A stretch of DNA of 64,000 nucleotides from Candidatus Saccharibacteria bacterium RIFCSPHIGHO2_12_FULL_41_12 (GTDB taxonomy: Bacteria; Patescibacteriota; Saccharimonadia; Saccharimonadales; 2-12-FULL-41-12), in contig MGCQ01000008.1 in assembly GCA_001790445.1 (NCBI GenBank), forward strand, positions 26,676 through 90,675. The letters are read 5' to 3'. Made by a program: the position numbers and the translations under genes. Below, one piece after another: positions 24,165-32,890 of this stretch; the first letter of the stretch is position 1; each line of letters opens with the position of its first letter. Below the pieces are notes generated by a model. That model saw only the letters and a list, made by a program, of their open reading frames with translations. It ran no database searches and had not been told where the DNA came from.

Positions 24165-25442
24165 ATGGCACCGATCAAAAAATTCATTAGAAAAATTTTC
24201 CCGAGAAAATTAGCTGAGGGCTTGGCCGATACGTTTCGACTTGGGCGAGGCTGGTTTTGGCGAGCCTACTATGGCTTCCCAGCCCGCAGTCTGCAGGTAA
24301 TTGCAGTGACAGGTACTAATGGCAAAACCACCACGGTTAGTTTTATCAATGAAGTGCTTAAAAGTGCAGGTTTTAAAACCGCGGTTTGGACGACTGCGTA
24401 CACCGAAACAGCCGGCGACCACATACCAAGTCCGACGACAGTAACTTTGCAGCACCAGTCTGCCCTACAGAAATTTTTGGCACTAGCCAAGAAAAAGAAT
24501 GTTGACTGGGTAGTGCTAGAAGTACCAAGTCACGCGCTTGACCAGCGAAGAATAGAGGGAGTCAGGGTAGAGGTTGCTGTGGTGACAAATCTGACGCCAG
24601 AACATCTTGATTACCACGGGACGATGGAGGAATATGCCCGGGTTAAATCGCTTTTGCTCAGAGACTACGACGCTAAATGGGCAGTTTTGAATGCAGACGA
24701 TAAATACTTCGATTATTTTTCAAAAAGGTCTAAGGCAGAGGTTTTTTCTTTTGGCAAAAAAACTGGTGCCTCGGGCGTGATGAAATCAATCAACCTAAGT
24801 GGGGCAGGCTCAAATGAGCACTTTGCGGCCGAGTCGGGAACACTAGATGTAAAAACCAGTTTGCTTGGGGAATTCAACCTATACAATGCATCTGCTGCTG
24901 TCAGTGTTGGGCTTGTCCTGGGGCTAGATAGCAAAAAAATAACAGAGGGAATAGCCAATCTAAAAGCAGTTGCTGGTCGCATGGAAGCAGTAGATGCGGG
25001 GCAAAACTTCACAGTGCTTATTGACTATGCAGTTACGCCGGATGCTCTGGAAAATGTTCTAAAAACTCTCCAGCAAATTGCTAAGGGAAGCGTGCGGATT
25101 GTCTTTGGTGCCACTGGTGATCGTGATAAGGCTAAGCGACCTTTGATGGGTGAAGTAGTGGTAAAATCAGCAGATTTTATTTATCTAACAGATGATGAAA
25201 CCTACACAGAAGATCCTTCAGCTATCCGGGACGCAGTATATACAGGTATAGAAAAAGCTGGCGGAGCAAGCAAAACAAAAGTTATAGCTGACAGAAAACA
25301 GGCAATTAAGACAGCTTTTGCTGAGAGTCGGCAAGGGGATATTGTCTTGCTCGCGGGGATGGGGCATGAAGACCACCGCAATCTAGGGGGTAAACAAGTA
25401 CCGTGGAAAGAATCAGAAATAGCCAGAGAGCTATTAAGTTAA
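24165..25442 (+). CDS. murE: Mur ligase family protein, MurE-like but with very short N-terminal domain
   Basis: P-loop VTGTNGKTTT at aa ~48. MurE-like blocks DYAVTPDALENVL, GATGDRDKAKRPLMG, LTDDETYTEDPSAI and LAGMGHEDH. Only 425 aa. Confidence 0.6.
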   Translation: MAPIKKFIRKIFPRKLAEGLADTFRLGRGWFWRAYYGFPARSLQVIAVTGTNGKTTTVSFINEVLKSAGFKTAVWTTAYTETAGDHIPSPTTVTLQHQSALQKFLALAKKKNVDWVVLEVPSHALDQRRIEGVRVEVAVVTNLTPEHLDYHGTMEEYARVKSLLLRDYDAKWAVLNADDKYFDYFSKRSKAEVFSFGKKTGASGVMKSINLSGAGSNEHFAAESGTLDVKTSLLGEFNLYNASAAVSVGLVLGLDSKKITEGIANLKAVAGRMEAVDAGQNFTVLIDYAVTPDALENVLKTLQQIAKGSVRIVFGATGDRDKAKRPLMGEVVVKSADFIYLTDDETYTEDPSAIRDAVYTGIEKAGGASKTKVIADRKQAIKTAFAESRQGDIVLLAGMGHEDHRNLGGKQVPWKESEIARELLS

Positions 25443-25443
25443 C

Positions 25444-25472
25444 TTGACAAATAAGCAAATATTTGCTACGAT
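25444..25472 (+). promoter_or_regulatory. promoter with AGCAAATATTTGCT palindrome in the spacer
   Basis: TTGACA (25444-25449), 17 nt, then TACGAT (25467-25472). A perfect 14-bp palindrome agcaaatatttgct lies at 25454-25467. Confidence 0.5.
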
Positions 25473-25528
25473 TATATTTGTAAACAAAAAACAAAAAAGT
25501 AATCAATGCATTTTAAAGGAAAATAATT

Positions 25529-25999
25529 ATGTCAAGTACCTCAAATAATATTAAAGATAGAGTTGCAGATACTTCTGCTTTGGCCGTTGGTGCCACAGAA
25601 AGAGTAAGAAAATCTCCTGGCAAGACAGTTGCTTTGCTAGCAGCCACAGCGGTTTTGGCAGCAGGTGCTGCAGATAGAATAAGAGGAAATACGCAGCCAG
25701 TAAATGTTCTTCCTGAAGCGCCAGCTCTTACCATACCAAGAGATGGGCCAGTTATTCCGGAAGGTCAGGCTTCACTACAAGCTGGTGTCCATACATATGA
25801 TGCTCCACAAGCTAAATCAGATAGTTTGCCCCAGGCTGGTCCTGATCCTGAATTTGCAAAAGGAATGGCGGAAGCAAACGAAGAGTTTGATTCCCCTCCA
25901 ACGGTTGAAACTGGCGGGGCAGCCCCGGATAACCAAGATGACGGTGGTGTCCCACCAGTAGATCCAGGGGTTAATGGATCTTTGAACCCGCATCCGTAA
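25529..25999 (+). CDS. hypothetical protein (Ala-rich hydrophobic segment, Pro-rich tail)
   Basis: 156-aa ORF preceded by AAGGAAA. Contains the segment VALLAATAVLAAGAA. No recognisable domain. Confidence 0.45.
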   Translation: MSSTSNNIKDRVADTSALAVGATERVRKSPGKTVALLAATAVLAAGAADRIRGNTQPVNVLPEAPALTIPRDGPVIPEGQASLQAGVHTYDAPQAKSDSLPQAGPDPEFAKGMAEANEEFDSPPTVETGGAAPDNQDDGGVPPVDPGVNGSLNPHP

Positions 26000-26018
26000 T
26001 TTAGATTGCACAATAATC

Positions 26019-26047
26019 TTGACTAGGATCTAGCACTCAGCTATAGT
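26019..26047 (+). promoter_or_regulatory. groES-groEL promoter
   Basis: TTGACT (26019-26024), 17 nt, then TATAGT (26042-26047). Confidence 0.7.
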
Positions 26048-26056
26048 GAGTGCTAG
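26030..26056. promoter_or_regulatory. CIRCE operator (HrcA binding site)
   Basis: cTAGCACTC-agctatagt-GAGTGCTAg matches the CIRCE consensus TTAGCACTC-N9-GAGTGCTAA at 16 of 18 arm positions. It overlaps the promoter spacer and -10 box. Confidence 0.85.
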
Positions 26057-26138
26057 ATATTTATGTTTTCATAAATGTTTGGTGATATCTGCGAGAGTTA
26101 CCAAATTAACTAATAATTAACGAGGAGGGAGTTCATTT

Positions 26139-26405
26139 ATGTCAGTTCCTATAAAACCATTATCAGACTACGTTGTGGCTGAGCCAGAAATGGCTACCGC
26201 AAAGACCGCTGGCGGTCTATATTTGCCAGATAGTGCTACCGAAAAGCCAAAGATTGCCAAGGTAGTAGCTGTGGGCAAAGCTGCCAAACAAGTAGTCGTG
26301 GGCGACAAAATTGTCTACAAAAGTTACAGCACTACAGATGTAAAAGTTGCAGGCAAAGATTATATTTTAGTCCGAGAAGAAGACATATTAGCAACAGTTA
26401 AGTAG
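26139..26405 (+). CDS. groES: co-chaperonin GroES
   Basis: GGAGGG ribosome-binding site. IKPLSDYVVAEPE...GGLYLPDSATEKP...GDKIVYKSY pattern. 88 aa. Confidence 0.92.
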   Translation: MSVPIKPLSDYVVAEPEMATAKTAGGLYLPDSATEKPKIAKVVAVGKAAKQVVVGDKIVYKSYSTTDVKVAGKDYILVREEDILATVK

Positions 26406-26542
26406 AAAGCACGAAATATGAAGCTAGAAATAAGAAACAAACTTGAAGCAAGAAATTTGAAACTTTCGAATTTGAATATTTCTGATTTGTTTCGGGTTTC
26501 GATACTAGAATTTAGAATTTAAACGACAAAGGAGTTATGTTT

Positions 26543-28192
26543 ATGGCAAAGAAGGTATTTTATGATGACGATGCGCGCAGAAGAGTCCTAGGAGGCGCTA
26601 CAATCCTCTACAACGCGGTTAAGACCACAATGGGGCCAAAAGGACGAAATGTGGTGATAGCTAAATCCTACGGCAATCCTACGGTCACCCATGACGGTGT
26701 GACGGTCGCTAAAGGTCTGGATATTGCAGATGTAGACGACGAAACACTTGGCTATAAGGTCGGCGCGGAGCTGATCAAACAAGCTGCCAACAAGATGAAC
26801 GACGTGGCTGGTGACGGCACAACAACAGTTACTGTACTCACCTATCACATTCTATATGAAGCTAATAAATTGATCGCGGCAGGGCACAACCCGATGTTGC
26901 TCCGAAAAGGCTTGGAGAGTGCTGGACATGACGTTATCAAAAAACTTGGCACAATGAGTGAAGATATCAAAGCCAACAAAAAACGAGTTGAAGAGGTAGC
27001 AACTATCTCAGCCGGTGACGAAGAGATTGGTAAATTAATTGCTGACGTAATCGACAAAGTCGGCAAAGACGGTGTGGTGACTGTTGAGGAAGGACAGGGT
27101 CTGGAACTTGAAAGCGAAGTTGTCGAAGGATTTACCCTGGACAAGGGATTTGTCAGCCCATACATGGTGACAGATACGACTCGGATGGAAGCGATTATTG
27201 ACAAGCCATCAATTTTAATCACAGACAAAAAGATCAGTTCTGTCCAGGAATTTTTGCCGATACTTGAGAAATTGGCACAAATAGGCAAAAAGGACATTGT
27301 GATAATTGCTGATGATTTAGAGGGCGAAGCGCTCGGTACGTTGGTGCTGAACAAGTTAAAAGGCGTTTTGAATGTGGTGGCTATCAAAGCTCCAGCATTT
27401 GGTGATCGCCGAAAAGATATTTTAGAAGACATTGCAATTTTGACTGGTGGAGCGGTCATTTCTGAGGAACAAGGCTATACTTTTGAAACTGCTGACGTGT
27501 CAATGCTGGGAACTGCCCGCAAGGTGATTGTCAACAAAGACGAGTCGACAATTATTGAAGGCGCAGGATCAGCCAAAGAAGTAGCAAAACGAATCAAGCA
27601 GATTACTGAGCAGACAAAACTTGCCACCAGCAAATACGACAAAGAAAATCTTGATCAACGGCGCGCAGCGCTTTCCGGTAAAGTAGCTGTGATAAAAGTT
27701 GGTGGAGCTTCAGAGACAGAAATTGAGGAAAAGAAATTCCGTGTTGACGACGCAGTAGCGGCTGTGAAAGCTGCTTTAGAGGAAGGAATCGTCCCAGGTG
27801 GTGGTGTGACCCTAGCTAATTTGGTTTTTGCAATTAGGCCAAGTGAGGAAGGTGGATCAGTATTAATAGGTCAAAGCATATTGTTTAGAGCTTTAGAGCA
27901 ACCATTTAGGATTTTGCTAGAGAATGCAGGGCTAAGTTCAGAATTATGGTTAGCAGAGCTTAAAAAAGCTAAACCTGGGCAGGGTGTTGATGTTAACAAC
28001 CCAGATAAATTCGTAGATCTTAAAGCTACAGGAATTATCGATCCAACTCGCGTAACCAAAGAAGCTATCCAAAATGCCGTTTCTATCGCAGGTACTGCCA
28101 TAACAATGGGCGCACTTGTCGTGGAAGTCCCAGAGCCAAAACCACCAATGCCTGACATGTCTGGCATGGGCGGCGGCATGGGTATGATGTAA
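26543..28192 (+). CDS. groEL: chaperonin GroEL
   Basis: MAKKVFYDDDARRRVLGG...AGDGTTTVTVL...GGGVTL, with a C-terminal GGM repeat. ATG 26543 is chosen because its spacing to AAGGAG is better than that of 26537. Confidence 0.95.
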   Translation: MAKKVFYDDDARRRVLGGATILYNAVKTTMGPKGRNVVIAKSYGNPTVTHDGVTVAKGLDIADVDDETLGYKVGAELIKQAANKMNDVAGDGTTTVTVLTYHILYEANKLIAAGHNPMLLRKGLESAGHDVIKKLGTMSEDIKANKKRVEEVATISAGDEEIGKLIADVIDKVGKDGVVTVEEGQGLELESEVVEGFTLDKGFVSPYMVTDTTRMEAIIDKPSILITDKKISSVQEFLPILEKLAQIGKKDIVIIADDLEGEALGTLVLNKLKGVLNVVAIKAPAFGDRRKDILEDIAILTGGAVISEEQGYTFETADVSMLGTARKVIVNKDESTIIEGAGSAKEVAKRIKQITEQTKLATSKYDKENLDQRRAALSGKVAVIKVGGASETEIEEKKFRVDDAVAAVKAALEEGIVPGGGVTLANLVFAIRPSEEGGSVLIGQSILFRALEQPFRILLENAGLSSELWLAELKKAKPGQGVDVNNPDKFVDLKATGIIDPTRVTKEAIQNAVSIAGTAITMGALVVEVPEPKPPMPDMSGMGGGMGMM

Positions 28193-28201
28193 AATTATTG
28201 G

Positions 28202-29089
28202 GTGGATACACGTCGAAAATACACAACTTATTATTCATCCCGTGGGGGCAAACAGGCTCAGCCATCAAATAATTCCAAAAAAAGGAGACGATGGCCGTAT
28301 GTTATTGCCATATTAGTTTTGGTAGTAGTCGGCTATTTTGGTTTATTTGGGAATTCACGAACGTCGTCTAAGGCGCAAAAATCGCCGAGCTTTGCTGTAG
28401 ACTCGGCGGGACTTGATCAGTCTGTGAATGCGATATTAAAAAATGTACCACAAAACGTCCAGATATCAGTAGCGATTGTTGATTTGTCCAGTCAAAAGAC
28501 GTTTTATTATGGGACTGACGCACCTTTCAATTCAGCAAGTGTGGCAAAATTGGTGACGGCGACGTTGTTTTTACACGAGGTAGAACAAGGCACATATAGT
28601 TTGACCCAAAACTTGAGTGGCAAAACAGCTAGAGAACAACTGAGGTTAATGATCATGCAGAGTGATAATGATGCCTGGAAGGTGTTAAATGACGAACTAA
28701 CGCATCCAAAATTAGACCAGTGGGCCCAGACAAACGGCATGACCAATTATTCCAGTGACCAAAATGTTATGGAAACGAAAGACGTGGCTGTCCTGTTGCA
28801 AAAGCTATATAACAAACAACTACTTGATGAGCAACAGACTAATCTGTTGATGAGTTTTATGGAATCTTCTGAAAATTCACTTATATCAGATTTTGTCCCT
28901 GCAGGTACGACAGTTTATAGAAAGGCAGGGTGGCTAGACGATAGATATCATGAGGCAGCGATTGTCGACGATGGCAAGCATCCATACGTTTTGGTGGTAT
29001 TTTCAAAATCCTCTGGGGAATATTCGTCAGAAATCGGAAGAGGCATTTTCAAATCAATCGTCAACGCCACAACTACGGCGTTCCGTTAA
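28202..29089 (+). CDS. membrane-anchored serine hydrolase with class A beta-lactamase / penicillin-binding fold
   Basis: SxxK (SVAKL), SDN (QSDND) and KxG (RKAGW) motifs occur in the correct order. N-terminal TM anchor. GTG start. Confidence 0.65.
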   Translation: MDTRRKYTTYYSSRGGKQAQPSNNSKKRRRWPYVIAILVLVVVGYFGLFGNSRTSSKAQKSPSFAVDSAGLDQSVNAILKNVPQNVQISVAIVDLSSQKTFYYGTDAPFNSASVAKLVTATLFLHEVEQGTYSLTQNLSGKTAREQLRLMIMQSDNDAWKVLNDELTHPKLDQWAQTNGMTNYSSDQNVMETKDVAVLLQKLYNKQLLDEQQTNLLMSFMESSENSLISDFVPAGTTVYRKAGWLDDRYHEAAIVDDGKHPYVLVVFSKSSGEYSSEIGRGIFKSIVNATTTAFR

Positions 29090-29171
29090 CCTAAAGTTCT
29101 ATAGAAAGTTGTTGCATAAAACGCAATAATGTACTACAATTGCAATAGCAACAGCTTAGGAGGACAAGCAA

Positions 29172-29624
29172 ATGGCATTTTTTGATCGATTTAAAAGAAA
29201 AAAAACAGCAAGCGTACTGCCCCAGGAAGTTGATGATTATTATCGTACAGAAAAACGAGGACGTCGTGGCGCAGCATTTTTGCTTGGACTAATGACCTTT
29301 ATATTGACAGTTATATTTGTTCTGGGCGTATTTTTTGTGGGACGGTTTTTTTACCACAAGATTCAGAATAATTCCGACAAAAATACTTCTGTTTCTGTCA
29401 GCACAGAAAATGGTAAGAAAAAGAATACTGATAAAACGTCATCTGATGACAAAAACGCAAATTCTACTAACTCTGCAAATACTTCAACAGGATCAACATC
29501 TAGTGGTAGCGGTTCAAGCCAAGCTCCTTCAACGCCAACCCCACCAACTCCAGCAGTAGCACCAAATACTGGCGATAATGTCCCAAGTAGTTCTTTGCCT
29601 CGTACGGGCGATGAGGGCATGTAG
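29172..29624 (+). CDS. hypothetical membrane-anchored Ser/Thr/Pro-rich protein ending in LPRTGDEGM
   Basis: N-terminal TM (AAFLLGLMTFILTVIFVLGVFFVG), a low-complexity S/T/N/P region, and an LPxTG-like pentapeptide 5 residues from the C-terminus with no following hydrophobic anchor. Confidence 0.5.
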   Translation: MAFFDRFKRKKTASVLPQEVDDYYRTEKRGRRGAAFLLGLMTFILTVIFVLGVFFVGRFFYHKIQNNSDKNTSVSVSTENGKKKNTDKTSSDDKNANSTNSANTSTGSTSSGSGSSQAPSTPTPPTPAVAPNTGDNVPSSSLPRTGDEGM

Positions 29625-29666
29625 GTTCTTTTCCAAAGAATTTAACATCTTAAAACCCAAACAACA

Positions 29667-30176
29667 TTGCGATTGCGCTAAAGCCTCCAAGGAGGCTTTT
29701 ATCACCTTACTTTTTCTCTCTAGCAAGAAAAAGTAAGCAAAAAGTGCTACCCCAGTGATCAAAACAAACCCTGAACCTACAAGACAACAGACAAGACTAT
29801 TCTTCCGGGACTCCTTTTAGTCGCCCCGCCTGAAGGCGGGGTAGTCCTCAGAATAATCTGTCTGTAGCTTTGTAGTTCCAAGGTGTTTTGACCAGGGGGA
29901 TATTAAACAGTCTAAAGTCATAATTAATAATATTTTCTATGAAAATATACAGATTGATAGTCAGGCCTTGAACAGACCTGAGAGACTACGTCAAGATCAC
30001 AACTATTAGACGAGGACTGTTTGACCCCGCCTAAAGGCGGGGGAGTTCCGCAGTCTGTTGTGACCCTTGACCGGTAGTCCCATCAAGTTTGTTCAATCGC
30101 CTGCTACTTCTTTGCATACTTTCTTGTTAGCACAAGAAAGTATGGTGATTAAAAGCCTGCAGGGCTTTAATCGCAA
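29667..30176 (+). repeat. ~510-bp structured intergenic repeat, copy B (full length)
   Basis: The outer closing pair cattgcga (29665-29672) / tcgcaatg (30171-30178). It has the same end modules as copy A and carries two ccccgcc-NNNN-ggcgggg hairpins (29824-29841, 30025-30043) at positions where copy A has other sequence. Confidence 0.9.
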
Positions 30177-30222
30177 TGAGTTATTTGCTGTTCGCAAGCT
30201 TTATCACAAGTGTTTATATTTT

Positions 30223-30594
30223 TTAGGCAGTTAGATGTTGTTTGACGATTTCGGCGACTTGGCGAGGGGTCATTTCTGCTTTAACGATAAAATCAAGGAC
30301 GTTGAGATCTTTAAGACTATCTGGGGCTTCTTGTTCTCCCATGTTGGTTAGGATTATGACTTTGATGTTTTTGCCCCAAGGTTCTTGACGCATTTTGGTC
30401 AGCATCTCATCGCCGTTCATGTCCGGCATCATTAGGTCCAGCAGTACAATATCTGGGTTGATGTCTTTGACTAATTTCAATCCATTGACGCCACCATAAG
30501 CTACATCAACAGTGTAACCTTCTGATTCGAACTTGACCCGATACATCTGAGATATTGTTTGGTCGTCCTCGACAATTGCTATTTTCTGTACCAT
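30223..30594 (-). CDS. stand-alone response regulator receiver domain (CheY-like)
   Basis: IAIVEDD...DIVLLDLMMPDMNGDEML...IILTN... receiver motifs. 123 aa with no output domain. Confidence 0.85.
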   Translation of the reverse strand: MVQKIAIVEDDQTISQMYRVKFESEGYTVDVAYGGVNGLKLVKDINPDIVLLDLMMPDMNGDEMLTKMRQEPWGKNIKVIILTNMGEQEAPDSLKDLNVLDFIVKAEMTPRQVAEIVKQHLTA

Positions 30595-30636
30595 ATTCTA
30601 AATTCTACCAAATTACAACCAAAAGCACTACCAAAG

Positions 30637-31020
30637 TTATTTTCTCAAAGTGTAATTGAGTTTAACTTTTTTAGCTCCAAAAAACCTTTTTGAGAAGGAT
30701 GCCACAAGTTCCGGATCAAAGTATTGACACGAAAATACATCTAAATACGCAGCATTTGTTTTGTTTGCAAAATGACCGGACACTAGCGATGTTTCAATTA
30801 GTTGGGTCATCGAATACCCCGCAATTTCTTCCTTTTCCCCAAAATGGACAACCGTACACTTACCAAACCGCGTAACTTTTATAAAGTCACATAATTCCTT
30901 AACATACTCTTTTATCAGGTCTGCGTCTCTAATTTTGTTGGGGTCGCAGTTATATAGATCAACGTTGGCTGATATCCCCCATGCGTTATTTTCTGCAAAT
31001 TCTTTTTCTATATTATTCAT
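30637..31020 (-). CDS. S-adenosylmethionine decarboxylase-like pyruvoyl proenzyme (small bacterial/archaeal SpeH class)
   Basis: The 127-aa size and pattern ...GYSMTQLIETSLVSGHFANKTNAAYLDVFSC... resemble the E-S self-cleavage site and the xxDVFTC block of this family. The same fold also includes arginine decarboxylase paralogues. Confidence 0.55.
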   Translation of the reverse strand: MNNIEKEFAENNAWGISANVDLYNCDPNKIRDADLIKEYVKELCDFIKVTRFGKCTVVHFGEKEEIAGYSMTQLIETSLVSGHFANKTNAAYLDVFSCQYFDPELVASFSKRFFGAKKVKLNYTLRK

Positions 31021-31094
31021 TATTGTATATTTTATTCTTGATCAAGCTTCATTATACACAAATCAGAGCAATACGGACAGAAAGATTTAAATCA

Positions 31095-31123
31095 TTTGAC
31101 ATTTATCTAAATACAGTTTACAG
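31095..31123 (+). promoter_or_regulatory. promoter candidate for the 31162-32842 gene pair
   Basis: TTGACA (31095-31100), 17 nt, then TACAGT (31118-31123). Confidence 0.45.
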
Positions 31124-31161
31124 TATACTAACCTTTAAAATTTAACAGATATAGGTTAATA

Positions 31162-31899
31162 ATGAGCAAACGGTTTGAAAATCTTAGAGCCCTCTGGCAA
31201 GCAGGGCGAGAAGACATGAAAGGTAGTAGCCTTGGCGAAAAGTCTACCTTAATTGGGAGCATGGCTTTGCTTGGCGCACATGAATTTGGCATGGAAGCTA
31301 GTCTCATATATGTTGGGACACAAACATATGAACAAACTGGGAACCCCTTAGCAGTGTCACTCGCTCTTGGGTCAATGAGCTTAGCAACCGAATCTGTTCT
31401 AACCATAGGTATGTCGAAGAGCATAACTACTTTTAATAAGGTCACTAACGAACTGGAAGATCGTTATTACACTACTCAAATAGCAACACCAGAGAAACCA
31501 AAGCGTAAAAACAAGATAATTGGAGCCGTAGATAATACTCTACTCGCCCTAACTCTGGGCTCTCCTGGTGTTATATTGCGTGGCTACGCAAAGGATCCTA
31601 GTAAGTCATATGAAGAGAATAGAAGAACTGGCCTTCGTACAGCTGGAGCACTGGCTACTTTCAATGCAACCGTCACTGCAGGTATAATAGGCGGAAGTGC
31701 TTGGCTTGGTGAGAAACTAGGCACAGAAGTTATATCAGATGCTGTGGTTGAAATAGGTGATTCACCGATTACTTATGGAGTGATAGCAGCATATGTTCTG
31801 GGTAGAACCGTTTCAGCATCAAGAAGCAATAATAGGTTGAGAGAAGAGCATAAAGCAGACTTATCAAATCAAAAATTAAGGACAAAACAAAATGCATAG
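31162..31899 (+). CDS. hypothetical membrane protein
   Basis: 245-aa ORF with 4-5 weakly hydrophobic Gly/Ala-rich helices. It overlaps the next gene by 8 nt, suggesting an operon. Confidence 0.45.
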   Translation: MSKRFENLRALWQAGREDMKGSSLGEKSTLIGSMALLGAHEFGMEASLIYVGTQTYEQTGNPLAVSLALGSMSLATESVLTIGMSKSITTFNKVTNELEDRYYTTQIATPEKPKRKNKIIGAVDNTLLALTLGSPGVILRGYAKDPSKSYEENRRTGLRTAGALATFNATVTAGIIGGSAWLGEKLGTEVISDAVVEIGDSPITYGVIAAYVLGRTVSASRSNNRLREEHKADLSNQKLRTKQNA

Positions 31900-32842
31900 A
31901 CCAGAAAAACAAGCAGAAAGCATGACAGGGCTATCAAGTACTGACGCGGAGGAAGACCTACGAAGACGATTTGATGATGAAGCTATAGGCCAGTTAACTG
32001 AGGAATTTTTAGAAGTTGGCACACCTTATAATTTAAGAGAGCTTGCAGGAGATCGACAGTTTGTTGTTGCTTATATTGACGCAGACGGCCGTTATTCAGA
32101 TATTCCTCGTTCGGCAGAAGCAACTGTTTTCTCAGAGACATTTGACCAGACATTAGAAGAAGTAGTTGAAGACTACGGGAAATATGACCCAACAAGTGTA
32201 TTCGCTACAGTTATTGATATATCAACCCCATTGCCAAAAGTTGCAGGTGTTCTTAGGATCACTGAATACAGTGAAGTTTTTGGGTTTAAAGACGTAAATG
32301 ATTTACTAGTGGATGATCCTGATAATCCATGGATTGATGAAATAAAAGACAATTATTTTGAGGATGGTGAAGACTATGATGTTTCTGAAGCATGGAAAAG
32401 GTTGGGGAAAAAGGCATGCGGGGAAGAACTTGTTTTAGCAGAATCTCTTGATATTGCTTCACACGCATCTGCAAAGGAATATCGTGGTGTTAGAGGTGAT
32501 CTTAACGGAGTTAGTATGTTGTTTTATCATGCGTGTTTGCGGTATGCCTTAGCAAAAGATAAGAAGAACTTGTTTGCTATTTTTGATATTCCACCACTAG
32601 AAAACCTACAGCAGTTTGGTAAGCCCTTTGATGTTTATTATGGATTAAAAAAACACAAATATGGAGGACCTTTTGACGCACTACCTGCATTTTGCGTATT
32701 AAAAAATGGCATGCAGCGTATTCGTGATAATAATGAGCTTGTAGGCAAAGTTTTTATCGACGGTGTAGGCTTGGATCAAAATGGTTTGTTACCAAATGAG
32801 TATTTACCAAAAATTTATTCTGATCAAGCAGTGAATTTATAG
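31892..32842 (+). CDS. hypothetical cytoplasmic protein (possible GNAT / N-acyl-synthase-like fold, speculative)
   Basis: 316-aa acidic protein, translationally coupled to the upstream membrane protein. The C-terminal half (LRITEY...SMLFYHACLRYALAKDKKNLFAIFDIPPLENLQQFG) vaguely recalls autoinducer-synthase-like acyltransferases. No firm motif. Confidence 0.3.
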   Translation: MHRPEKQAESMTGLSSTDAEEDLRRRFDDEAIGQLTEEFLEVGTPYNLRELAGDRQFVVAYIDADGRYSDIPRSAEATVFSETFDQTLEEVVEDYGKYDPTSVFATVIDISTPLPKVAGVLRITEYSEVFGFKDVNDLLVDDPDNPWIDEIKDNYFEDGEDYDVSEAWKRLGKKACGEELVLAESLDIASHASAKEYRGVRGDLNGVSMLFYHACLRYALAKDKKNLFAIFDIPPLENLQQFGKPFDVYYGLKKHKYGGPFDALPAFCVLKNGMQRIRDNNELVGKVFIDGVGLDQNGLLPNEYLPKIYSDQAVNL

Positions 32843-32890
32843 TGCCCCAAATTTACTGATATAAGCATAAACGAGTTATAATCATACCCA

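Noticed and set aside
26845-28179. Antisense ORFs within groEL (26845-27459, 27871-28179, minus strand) and similar ones within valS, glmM, polA and the 952-aa gene.
   Set aside because: They overlap confidently identified conserved genes on the opposite strand and have low-complexity, stop-poor antisense composition.
22543-30176. Direct copies A and B of the 510-bp repeat as the ends of a composite mobile element carrying tsaD, murE, groESL and the beta-lactamase-like gene.
   Set aside because: The enclosed genes are core housekeeping genes in normal operon contexts (CIRCE-groESL). No transposase or integrase is present. The repeats sit at convergent gene ends, as stand-alone intergenic elements would.
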